Positions 18,620-27,353 of a stretch of DNA of 60,677 bases are shown one piece after another. The notes under the pieces were generated by a model. The model had not been told where the DNA came from and made no database searches. It saw only the letters and a list, made by a program, of their open reading frames with translations. How positions within the stretch are numbered: position 1 is the stretch's first letter; each line of letters starts with the position of its first letter. The translations under genes and the position numbers were made by a program. The stretch is from an uncultured Clostridia bacterium (GTDB lineage Bacteria; Bacillota; Clostridia; TANB77; CAG-508), in the NCBI GenBank assembly GCA_947626555.1, contig CANQSP010000002.1, forward strand, positions 1 to 60,677, given 5' to 3'.

Positions 18620-18626
18620 CTCTTTT

Positions 18627-18716
18627 TACACAAACTTATCTTACAGAAACTTTATTCAGTACAAAATTTATTTTACACAAAATTTATCTCACATAAACGT
18701 TATCTACACAAAATGC
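18627..18716. repeat. about six degenerate ~15-16-bp tandem repeats (TACACAAAnTTATCT-like)
   Basis: TACACAAACTTATCT / TACAGAAACTTTATTCAG / TACAAAATTTATTT / TACACAAAATTTATCTC / ACATAAACGTTATC / TACACAAAATGC, read directly. Confidence 0.6.
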
Positions 18717-19059
18717 AAATGCTAGTTAATACAGAAAATAATGCGAAAAAAGTCGAAATAATTTTAAGTCTTTTACATTGCTCGGTTAGCTTTTTATTAT
18801 TGCATATATTATTAACTTCCCTTTTATTTATCCTATCAATATATTCAGAAACTATAAGCTCTGCTTCTTTTATGACATACTCATTATTTTTTATCTTATT
18901 ATTCACATTTTTTTCAGCTTTTCCATTTCCATTTATTTTATCTATTGCTTCTGTTTTATGTAGTTTAACATTACTTTTCAGTACAACAAAAGCTTCTTCA
19001 ATCATATTTGATGGTAAATTTTTTAACACTATCATATTTTTCATATTCTGAATATCCAT
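18700..19059 (-). CDS. small protein with C-terminal TM anchor (119 aa), unknown function
   Basis: ATG 19059 lies 5 nt after AGGGAGAG. C-terminal IISTFFALFSVLTSICILC. Confidence 0.55.
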   Translation of the reverse strand: MDIQNMKNMIVLKNLPSNMIEEAFVVLKSNVKLHKTEAIDKINGNGKAEKNVNNKIKNNEYVIKEAELIVSEYIDRINKREVNNICNNKKLTEQCKRLKIISTFFALFSVLTSICILCR

Positions 19060-19159
19060 ATAAACTCTCCCTTTCAAGTAAGTTTATATAAATTTTTTCC
19101 ACTTTTTACATTTATATACATGTTACGTTAGAAATTCTATCAAACATCATTTAAAAAAA

Positions 19160-19714
19160 TCAATAATATTTAATTACTTCACAAATTCCATTTGTCACAG
19201 CATCTGCAAGATTCATTATAAAGTTTAAAGATATATTTTGAAGTGATATAAAATTATATTTTGCTATTTTCAAATCTTTACCAACAACAGCCTTTATAGA
19301 TATATCTCCTATCTCAAATTTATTTTTATTTAATACCTTTCCTAATACTGTTTTTTCATTAGACACATATATTTTTCCAATATTTTCTTTTTTAGAAAGT
19401 GCTGCATCTATCACTATAAGACACGAATTTTCCTTCTCTATTTTAAGTAATTCTTTACCAAAATTCTCATAATTAATTGGTCTTTCTAAAGTCCCATATA
19501 CATTTATATTAAAAATATTATATTCTTTTAAATATTGTGTAAGTTTAGTACCTACAAGTGGTCCAAAGCAATCACCTGTTATTTTATCTGTACCAATACA
19601 CAAAAAAGTTAAACCATTATAATTTTTTTCTTTCTTTAACTTGTATAACCTACTACAAAAATCATTTATAAATTTTTCTTCTAATGTTTCCTCTATATTA
19701 TAAGCTAAATCCAT
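19160..19714 (-). CDS. yyaC: YyaC-like putative sporulation protein (DUF1256, GPR/HybD-like protease fold)
   Basis: FLCIGTDKITGDCFGPLVG and VIDAALSK segments typical of YyaC. Confidence 0.62.
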   Translation of the reverse strand: MDLAYNIEETLEEKFINDFCSRLYKLKKEKNYNGLTFLCIGTDKITGDCFGPLVGTKLTQYLKEYNIFNINVYGTLERPINYENFGKELLKIEKENSCLIVIDAALSKKENIGKIYVSNEKTVLGKVLNKNKFEIGDISIKAVVGKDLKIAKYNFISLQNISLNFIMNLADAVTNGICEVIKYY

Positions 19715-19793
19715 TTTTCTTTGTATAATATCACCCCTTTAATTTTTTGTTATATAATAGTTATTCAAATTATTTTATTTTATACTTTGTTTT

Positions 19794-20036
19794 TTATTTT
19801 CTTGTACCAATTATTATATTAATATCAAAATCATTTTTATACTTCTTTATAATATCACTTGAAAATCCTGCTATTTCATTTGATAATACTATAGTATTAT
19901 AATTTTGATTTACTAGTTCACTCATTTTACTGTCTATTTCTTCCGGATTTTCTAATTTTTCTACTCTCATACCTAGCTTCTCTGCCATTTTAAAATTTTT
20001 ATCATCATTTTCACACTTAATCCATGATATTTTCAA
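19794..20036 (-). CDS. small protein (80 aa), unknown function (weak V-ATPase subunit F-like pattern)
   Basis: TTG start at 20036 lies 6-7 nt after AAGGAGGG (20043-20050), which overlaps the left terminus of element copy B. Confidence 0.4.
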   Translation of the reverse strand: MKISWIKCENDDKNFKMAEKLGMRVEKLENPEEIDSKMSELVNQNYNTIVLSNEIAGFSSDIIKKYKNDFDINIIIGTRK

Positions 20037-20044
20037 ATTAATCC

Positions 20045-20392
20045 CTCCTTAAACTAATAGGGACGGGGTTAAATAGTTTAGCACTTATTTTATTTTTTAG
20101 TTAAACTATTAGGGACGGAGTTAAATAGTTTAACAACTTAACTGCTATATAGCAAAACATTAATATTATATATTTTGTAGTGATTCGTGGGGACCGTTTT
20201 AGAAAATGTTACGAACATGCGTGAGTTACATTTTCTTAAATGGGGCAACGCAAAAATATATAATATTAATGTTTTGCAAGTAAAATAGTTTAAATTTTGT
20301 TAAACTATTTAACTCCGTCCCTAATAGTTTAACTCTTTATAAATTACTAATTGTGCTAAACTATTTAACCCCGTCCCTATTAGTTTAAGGAG
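20045..20392. mobile_element. nested-palindrome element, copy B (termini extended to CTCCTT...AAGGAG)
   Basis: Outer modules 20048-20082 and 20355-20389 are perfect inverted repeats, and the IR extends 3 nt further on each side. Inner modules 20100-20134 and 20299-20333. Core stem 20152-20176 with 20253-20277. Confidence 0.7.
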
Positions 20393-20535
20393 ATTTACAA
20401 ATTTTATGCAAAATATTTACATAATAAAAAAATTATGTTAAAATTGAAAACAGAGTTTTATTTTTAGCTATAAAAAGAAAGTTAGTGATAAGTGTTATTG
20501 TAACTATCGACCAATTTCATTTTAAGGAGGACACT

Positions 20536-22221
20536 ATGCAATTCGTTACTAATCATCTTTGGGTAATTATAGTTATTGCGGCAATTATTGGAATCATAAT
20601 TTTTCTGGCTGCAATCTACAAAGTTGCTGATATTGACAAGGCACTGATAATCACTGGTGGCAAGGAACCTGTTATCAAGGTATCTGGGGGCTCGTTTGTC
20701 ATCCCTATTTTCCGCAAAGCAAGCTACTTTGATTTATGTATGCTTACTGTACGAGCAGATAAGGATGAAATTAAGACCTGTACCGCTGTGCCTATTGTTG
20801 CTGACTGGACTGCTCAAATTCGCCCTTGTGTTAACGATGAAACTAAACTTCGTACAGCAATTATTTCCTTTAAGGAACGAGGTAATGATGGTATTATTGC
20901 GGATGTTAAGCTCACTCTTATGGGTGCTGTGCGTGATGTTGTTGCCTCTATGACTCCTGAAGCAATTTTGAATAACAAAGAAGCTTTTAAACAGGAAATT
21001 CAGAAAAGCGTTGCTGATGAAATGGATAATATGGGCCTTGAGCTTGTATCTCTAAACATTCAGGATGTTTCTGATAGTAACGGCTACTATGACAACATTG
21101 CTGCTTTGGATTCAGCTGAAAAGCGTAAAGCTGCTGAAATTAAGCATGCAGAAGTTGACCAAGTAACTCGCGAAAAGAAGGCAGAAGCAACTAGAGCTGC
21201 TGAAATTGCCGAGGCAACAGCTAAGAAGGAAACCGAGATTTCCAAGATGGAGGCAGAGCTTGCCGAGAAGGAAAAGCGCAAAGATACCGACATGAAACTC
21301 GCAGAATTCAAAATTGCAACAGAAACCGCCAACGCAGATGCTGACGTTGCTGGAGAACTGCAGAAAACTCTTCGCGAACGTGAAGTCGAGGAACGTAAGG
21401 GTGCTGTTGCTGTTATGAAGGCAGAGCAGGAAAACCTTGCAGCTCAAAAAGAGCGTGAAGTTATGATTACACGTGCAGAAGCTGATAAGGCGACTAAGCT
21501 TGTTAATGCAGAAGCAGATGCAAACGTTCAGGCTATTCAGGCAGATGCCCAAATAAAAGTTGCCGAGCGTAAGGCTGATGCAGCGCGTAAAGAAGCCCAA
21601 GGTAATGCTGACGTTGAAACTATTGCAGCTGAGGCTCGTGTAAACGTTGCCGATCGCGACGCTGAAGCAGTTAAGAAGTCTGCTTTTGCACAAGCTGAAA
21701 AGACTCGTGCCGAAGGTCTTGCCGAAGCTGAGGTTTCCAAGCAAAAGGCTCTTGCTGAAGCTGAAGGTAAAAAAGCTGCTCTCTTAGCTGAAGCAGAAGG
21801 TTTAAAAGCTCAGCAACTTGCTGAAGCTGAAGGTATCAAAGCCAAGAAGCTTGCAGAAGCTGAAGGTGAAAAATCCCTTGCAGAAGCACGTGCAGCAAAT
21901 GAAAAAGTCAATTTCGAGATTGAGAAACTCAAGATTCAAACTGATGCTCAAGTAAGAATAGCCACTTCTACTGCTGAAATTATGGCAAATATTGGGCAAA
22001 ATGCCGAATTCGTCAATATCGGCGGTGGAAATGTTCCTTGTCCTACAGGTACAAGTGGAACAGGTAATGTTTTACTTGACACCATAATGCAGATGCCTGC
22101 ATTGATGAAGACTCTTAACATCCAGAATGAGGCACTCAATGGTCGGCCTGTTACAGAAGAAATCAAAAACATTTCTGATGCAGCCCTTTCTGGCTTGGGA
22201 GCACTAAAAAAAGAGTCATAA
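20536..22221 (+). CDS. flotillin-family protein (SPFH/Band 7 domain plus long Ala/Glu-rich coiled coil)
   Basis: ATG 20536 lies 5 nt after AAGGAGG. N-terminal TM helix, SPFH region (IITGGKEPV...FVIPIFRKASYFDL...) and EA-rich repeats (AEAEGKKAALLAEAEGLKAQQLAEAEGIKAKKLAEAEGEK). G+C is far above its neighbours. Confidence 0.85.
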   Translation: MQFVTNHLWVIIVIAAIIGIIIFLAAIYKVADIDKALIITGGKEPVIKVSGGSFVIPIFRKASYFDLCMLTVRADKDEIKTCTAVPIVADWTAQIRPCVNDETKLRTAIISFKERGNDGIIADVKLTLMGAVRDVVASMTPEAILNNKEAFKQEIQKSVADEMDNMGLELVSLNIQDVSDSNGYYDNIAALDSAEKRKAAEIKHAEVDQVTREKKAEATRAAEIAEATAKKETEISKMEAELAEKEKRKDTDMKLAEFKIATETANADADVAGELQKTLREREVEERKGAVAVMKAEQENLAAQKEREVMITRAEADKATKLVNAEADANVQAIQADAQIKVAERKADAARKEAQGNADVETIAAEARVNVADRDAEAVKKSAFAQAEKTRAEGLAEAEVSKQKALAEAEGKKAALLAEAEGLKAQQLAEAEGIKAKKLAEAEGEKSLAEARAANEKVNFEIEKLKIQTDAQVRIATSTAEIMANIGQNAEFVNIGGGNVPCPTGTSGTGNVLLDTIMQMPALMKTLNIQNEALNGRPVTEEIKNISDAALSGLGALKKES

Positions 22222-22310
22222 TTCATTCAAATAAAACTCTAAGAAGATTTACACTATCACTAACTTAACTTTTTAGAAGAAAGTACCTTAATAGGTACTC
22301 TCTACATACA

Positions 22311-22345
22311 AAAATTCCAGCGATTTTTCACTGGAATTTTTGCAT
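22311..22345 (+). terminator. rho-independent terminator after the flotillin gene
   Basis: AAAATTCCAG-loop-CTGGAATTTT followed by T-rich sequence. Confidence 0.75.
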
Positions 22346-22468
22346 TCGGGCTCTTATTCCACCCTCATCTTCTTTTTCTCTTTTTACAAATTACAGTTTT
22401 AGCAAAGTTTATAAGATTCTTAAAATCATCGTAAAAAAATAATTATTTAGAATTTTGCAAAAGATTTT

Positions 22469-23239
22469 TTAAACTCCCACTATTGAAAATCCATTATCAA
22501 CATGTATAATTTCACCTGTAATTGCAGAAGACAAATCACTAAACAAAAAACTTGTTGCATCTCCAACTTGTCTAGTTGTAACATTTTCATGTAATGGTGC
22601 TCTTTCTTCTACAATATCTAATATTGAATTAAAGTCCTTTATACCTTTTGCAGATAATGTTTTTATAGGTCCTGCTGAAATTCCATTTACACGAATTTTA
22701 TCCTTTCCTAAGTTTACTGCCATATATCTTATACTTGATTCTAATGCTGCTTTTGCTACTCCCATTACATTATATCCTTCTATTGCTTTTTCTGCTCCAT
22801 AATATGTAAATGCCACTATACTTGCTCCTTCGTTTAGCATATCAATTTCTTTTGCAATCCTTGCTACTGCGACAAGTGAATAAGCACTTATATCACATGC
22901 ATGAGCATAACCTTCTCTAGATGTTAATATAAAATCATTTCTTAAATCATCTGTATTTGCATGTGCTATACTATGTAAAATGCCATCTACTTTTCCATAT
23001 TCTGCTTTAACATTTTCTAAACACTTTCTTATACTTTCATCATTTCCTGCATCACATGGAAAAGATTTTGAACCAGGTATTTGACTAATTAATGAATTTA
23101 TCTTTTCTTCATTTTCAAACTCACTATGAGTAAATATAACTTGCGCTCCATTTTCATAAGCAGACTGTGCTGCCCCCCATGCTATACTCCATTTGTTTCT
23201 AATTCCCATTATTAATACTTTCTTACCTTCTAATATCAT
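22469..23239 (-). CDS. fabI: enoyl-ACP reductase (NADH), FabI type
   Basis: 256 aa from ATG 23239 (AGGAGG SD 6 nt upstream). GIRNKWSIAWG N-terminus and YNVMGVAKAALES (Y-x6-K) motif. Confidence 0.9.
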   Translation of the reverse strand: MILEGKKVLIMGIRNKWSIAWGAAQSAYENGAQVIFTHSEFENEEKINSLISQIPGSKSFPCDAGNDESIRKCLENVKAEYGKVDGILHSIAHANTDDLRNDFILTSREGYAHACDISAYSLVAVARIAKEIDMLNEGASIVAFTYYGAEKAIEGYNVMGVAKAALESSIRYMAVNLGKDKIRVNGISAGPIKTLSAKGIKDFNSILDIVEERAPLHENVTTRQVGDATSFLFSDLSSAITGEIIHVDNGFSIVGV

Positions 23240-23314
23240 TTTTTTCCTCCTATTTTGATTTTCTAACATTTAATTTCTATATATTAATAATAAATTTGAC
23301 TTATTAAAAAATAT

Positions 23315-24125
23315 TTACATCTTTCTAAATTTTTCATAGCGTTTTTCTATTAAAGTATTGCTATCTAGCTTTCTAAGCTTTTCTAACTCTTGAAGAATAT
23401 ATTTTTTTATGTCTTTAGTAACTTTTTCAAAATCGTTTTGTGCACCACCATCTGGTTCTTTAATTATTTTATCAATAATATTTAGTTCTTTTAAATCTTC
23501 TGCTGTAATTTTCATATTTTCTGCCGCTTCACTTGCTTTGTTTGAATCTTTATATAATATACTTGCAAACCCTTCAGGAGACAAAATTGAATAAATTGCA
23601 TTTTCTAGCATTACTATTCTATCTCCAACACAAATAGCTAAAGCACCCCCACTTGAACCTTCTCCTATTACTATTGATATTATTGGAACTTTTAATGTTG
23701 CCATTTCCATCATAGATTTTGCTATTGCTTCTCCGTTGCCCTCTTTCTTCAGCACCAATACCAGGATATGCACCTGGTGTATCTATAAACGTTATTATTG
23801 GTCTACCAAATTTTTCAGCTTGTTTCATTAGTCTCATAGCTTTTCTATATCCTTCTGGATTTGGCATTCCAAAATTTCTTTGCATATTTTCTTTAGTAGT
23901 TTTTCCTTTTTGCTCTCCTATAACTGTAACCGCTAACTTGTTAACTGCAGAAGTACCAATTGTAGCAATTCCTCCTACTATAGATTTATCATCTCCATAT
24001 AATCTATCACCATGTAATTCTATAAATTCATCAAATATGCTTTCTATATAATCTAATGCCTTTGGTCTATCCTTTTGCCTTGCAATCAAAACTCTGTCCC
24101 ATGCAGATATAATTTTCTCTTTCAT
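23315..24125 (-). pseudogene. accA: acetyl-CoA carboxylase carboxyltransferase alpha subunit, interrupted by a +1 frameshift near 23735
   Basis: ORF 23619-24155 carries [18 protein letters not shown], then leaves frame. ORF 23315-23773 resumes with [34 protein letters not shown]. One extra base (plus-strand G at 23735) separates the frames. Confidence 0.8.
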
Positions 24126-24181
24126 TATTTGCTCCTTTTCGTTATAAAAATTCAATATAATTAATTTATAATATCATTCAC

Positions 24182-25030
24182 TTATTTTTTGTGCAATCTT
24201 ATAATTTGTGCCAATGTACTTTTCATATCTTTTCTTTCAACAATTTTGTCAATAAATCCATGTTCTAACAAAAATTCAGATTTTTGAAATCCCTCTGGTA
24301 GCTTTTCTCCTATAGTTTGTTCTATTACTCTAGGACCTGCAAATCCTATTAAAGCATCTGGCTCAGCTAGAATAATATCGCCTAAACTTGCAAAAGATGC
24401 TGTTACTCCACCTGTTGTTGGATCTGTTAAAACAGATATATACAATATTCCTTTTTCGTTTAATTTGCTTAAAGCACTCGTAGTTTTTGCCATTTGCATT
24501 AAAGAAACCATTCCTTCTTGCATTCTAGCACCACCAGAAACGCAAAATATAACTAATGGTAATTTTTGTTTTATAGCTTGTTCTATGGCCATTGTAATTC
24601 TTTCTCCTACTGCTTTTCCCATACTTCCCATCAAAAAGTTTCCATCCATTACACAAATAATTGCATCTTCACCTTCTATCTTGCATTTTCCACAAGTTAC
24701 AGCCTCTTTTATTTTTGTTTTTTCTTTCAAACTATCTATTTTTTTCAAATATCCTTCAAAATTCAAAGGATCTGTTGTTTCTATTTTTTCTCCAATTTCC
24801 TTAAATGTTCCTTCATCGGCAATTTGTTTTATTCTTCTTCTTGAAGAAATTCTAAAATGTTTACCACAATTTGGGCATACACTCAAATTTTCATGAACGT
24901 CATCTTTATACAAAATCTCTTTACATTTATCACATTTTACCCATTTTCCAACTAACATATCTGATGCTAAAGTATTTTTCTCCCTTTTACCTTCGCTAGC
25001 ATTTACTTTTTTTATTCTATCTATAATCAT
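24182..25030 (-). CDS. accD: acetyl-CoA carboxylase carboxyltransferase beta subunit
   Basis: N-terminal zinc ribbon CDKCKE...CPNCGKH and the carboxyltransferase region GGARMQEG. Confidence 0.93.
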   Translation of the reverse strand: MIIDRIKKVNASEGKREKNTLASDMLVGKWVKCDKCKEILYKDDVHENLSVCPNCGKHFRISSRRRIKQIADEGTFKEIGEKIETTDPLNFEGYLKKIDSLKEKTKIKEAVTCGKCKIEGEDAIICVMDGNFLMGSMGKAVGERITMAIEQAIKQKLPLVIFCVSGGARMQEGMVSLMQMAKTTSALSKLNEKGILYISVLTDPTTGGVTASFASLGDIILAEPDALIGFAGPRVIEQTIGEKLPEGFQKSEFLLEHGFIDKIVERKDMKSTLAQIIRLHKK

Positions 25031-25036
25031 ACTAAT

Positions 25037-26410
25037 TTAATTTCCTCCATTATTTGCAAGAACTATTTGCATTCTAAAAATCCGTTTCAAAAAGCCTGTA
25101 TCATAATCATTATTTTTAAAATCTTTATTATCTAATATTTGCAAAATAAAATCTATATTTGTATCTATCCCTTCAATTACAAACTCTGACAATGCACTTT
25201 TCATCTTAGCAATAGATTCATTTCTATCTTTTCCATGAACTATTACTTTTGCAAGCATCGAATCATAATTTTGCGGAACCGTGTATCCTGTATAAATGGC
25301 CGTATCAATCCTAATTCCATTTCCTCCTGGGAAATTTATTCCTGTTATTTTTCCCGGACATGGCATAAAATTTTTAGAAGGATTTTCTGCATTTACCCTT
25401 ACTTCCATACTATGCCCATTTACTTTTATATTTTCCTGACTGTATTCTAGTTGCATACCACTTGCTATTTTTATTTGTTCTTTTACAATATCTATTCCTG
25501 TTACAAATTCAGTTACAGGATGTTCCACTTGAATCCTTGTATTCATTTCCATAAAATAGAATTCTTTATTCTTATCTACCAAAAATTCTATTGTTCCTGC
25601 ATTTGTGTATCCTATTTCTTTTACAGCCTTAACTGCAACTTCTCCCATCTTCCTTCTTAGCATTTCATTTATAACAGCACTTGGAGATTCTTCTAATACC
25701 TTTTGATTTCTCCTTTGAATACTACAATCTCTTTCTCCTAAGTGAACTACGTTCCCAAACTCATCTGCTAATATTTGTATCTCAACATGTCGAGGATTTT
25801 GTATGAATTTTTCTATATATATACTACTATCTCCAAAAGAATTTAAAGCTTCCTGCTTTACAATATCATATTGCTTATCCAATTCATCCTCATTATATAC
25901 TATTCTTATACCTCTTCCTCCACCACCTGCAGATGCTTTTAACATAACAGGATATCCTATTTTATATGCTATTTCCTTACTTTCATCTTTTGACGTTACT
26001 ACCCCATCTGAGCCAGGAATTACAGGAACTCCAATGCTTTTCATTGTTTCTTTAGCCTTTGATTTATTTCCCAATAATTCTATAAGTTTATAGGATGGTC
26101 CTATAAATTTTATACCTATTTCATCGCAAATTTTTGCGAAATTACTATTTTCTGATAAAAATCCAAATCCAGGATGAATACTATCACATCCTGTTAAACA
26201 TGCTGCCTCAATTATTGCCTTTACATTTAAATAACTTTTAGAGGATTGTGCTGGACCTATACAAATTGCTTCATCTGCAAGTTTTGTATGAAGTGCCTCT
26301 TTATCAGCTTCTGAATAAACTGCAACTGTTTTTATTCCCATTTCTCTACAAGCTCTTATTATTCTTACTGCTATTTCTCCTCTATTTGCTATTAATATTT
26401 TATTTAACAT
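25037..26410 (-). CDS. accC: biotin carboxylase
   Basis: KILIANRGEIAVRIIRA N-terminus, ATP-grasp GGGGRGIR, and EMNTRIQVEHPVTE. Start set at ATG 26410. An in-frame ATG at 26422 abuts the SD. Confidence 0.95.
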   Translation of the reverse strand: MLNKILIANRGEIAVRIIRACREMGIKTVAVYSEADKEALHTKLADEAICIGPAQSSKSYLNVKAIIEAACLTGCDSIHPGFGFLSENSNFAKICDEIGIKFIGPSYKLIELLGNKSKAKETMKSIGVPVIPGSDGVVTSKDESKEIAYKIGYPVMLKASAGGGGRGIRIVYNEDELDKQYDIVKQEALNSFGDSSIYIEKFIQNPRHVEIQILADEFGNVVHLGERDCSIQRRNQKVLEESPSAVINEMLRRKMGEVAVKAVKEIGYTNAGTIEFLVDKNKEFYFMEMNTRIQVEHPVTEFVTGIDIVKEQIKIASGMQLEYSQENIKVNGHSMEVRVNAENPSKNFMPCPGKITGINFPGGNGIRIDTAIYTGYTVPQNYDSMLAKVIVHGKDRNESIAKMKSALSEFVIEGIDTNIDFILQILDNKDFKNNDYDTGFLKRIFRMQIVLANNGGN

Positions 26411-26593
26411 TATAACTTTCATTCCCTTCGATTTTTATTTGCAAGTATTTGCAATTTTTATAATTAAAATAAACAGCCATTTTTTCAAATTTTTTTAGTA
26501 CTCACTATCTTATAAAATTAGTTTAAAAAACTATCTTCTTAAAATTTACTTAAAACAATTTAATTCTTTTTATGTTCATCTTTCTAAAATATT

Positions 26594-26622
26594 TTGACAT
26601 TTACATAAATTTGCTGTATAAT
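26594..26622 (+). promoter_or_regulatory. consensus sigma-A promoter driving the two-ORF insert
   Basis: TTGACA (26594-26599), exactly 17 nt, then TATAAT (26617-26622), 34 nt upstream of ATG 26657. Confidence 0.75.
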
Positions 26623-26656
26623 ATTTTTAAAATTTTATTGAAAGGTAGGTAAATAT

Positions 26657-27010
26657 ATGAGACTTCGTAATTACCTTGGTAGACTCAAACGGATTCTTTT
26701 CGTTTGGTTCGAATTTTCGCTATATACCAATAAAGTATTACGCGAATTTCATTTTTTGATATGTCATAAAATTTTTTGGGCATATCTCAGGCAAGGGCTT
26801 TTCAAAAAAGAATTTGTCGTCTCTTTTCCAATGATGTTATCTAAATATCCTCATCCATCTTATGTTTATTTTGCACCAATTCGAACGAAACAATATTTCA
26901 ATAAGGATAAGATGACTGAAAAGTTACTAGATGATTGTGGTTTTACTCTGTTTGAAAACAATGTTTCAAATGACAAAACAAACTATTATTTTAGGGAGGC
27001 AAAATCATGA
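26657..27010 (+). CDS. hypothetical protein (117 aa), first gene of a foreign two-gene module
   Basis: ATG lies 7 nt after AAAGGTAGG. Higher G+C than the host. The stop overlaps the next start (ATGA). No family recognised. Confidence 0.5.
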   Translation: MRLRNYLGRLKRILFVWFEFSLYTNKVLREFHFLICHKIFWAYLRQGLFKKEFVVSFPMMLSKYPHPSYVYFAPIRTKQYFNKDKMTEKLLDDCGFTLFENNVSNDKTNYYFREAKS

Positions 27011-27312
27011 TAAAGTCCAATGCATCAAAGTGTTCCAGCAAATATGAACGCTTTTTTACACTATTAAGTCAAGTTGGAACGTCATCTAAAGGTGAAGCAG
27101 CTATTTATAAAAAGTTGATTGCAGAATTACTAAACGTTTACATTCAAAACAATGACAGCTTCCCGTCAATTTTTTATATTAACGGAAACTATCCAGAAGA
27201 AGTCGTCGTTTCCACAATAAATACTTTATGTGGTCACGAAGTTCAGTGGGTAACAAAATCTGCTCCGCCAAGGCCTAACAAGAACTATACTTGCGTAAAG
27301 ATGGCTGGTTAG
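27007..27312 (+). CDS. hypothetical protein (101 aa), second gene of a foreign two-gene module
   Basis: AGGGAGG SD lies 7 nt upstream of ATG 27007, inside the preceding ORF. No family recognised. Confidence 0.55.
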   Translation: MIKSNASKCSSKYERFFTLLSQVGTSSKGEAAIYKKLIAELLNVYIQNNDSFPSIFYINGNYPEEVVVSTINTLCGHEVQWVTKSAPPRPNKNYTCVKMAG

Positions 27313-27353
27313 CTTGATAACAAAGTCATAATTGTATTTCTTATTTTTTAAGT

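Noticed and set aside
21087-22226. Track ORFs antisense to or overlapping the flotillin gene (21087-21332, 21112-21744, 21537-21740, 21802-21999, 21948-22226, 20657-20953)
   Set aside because: They are alternative-frame readings of an Ala/Glu-rich repetitive coding region. None has an SD or start context, and the flotillin frame has clear family features.
26680-26720. tRNA-like GGTTCGAAT and TTGGTAGA strings inside the first ORF of the two-gene insert (possible tRNA fragment or att site)
   Set aside because: The flanking bases do not form a T stem. The nearby CAAACG/CGTTTG stem has a 9-nt loop, and no acceptor stem can be drawn. This is chance similarity.
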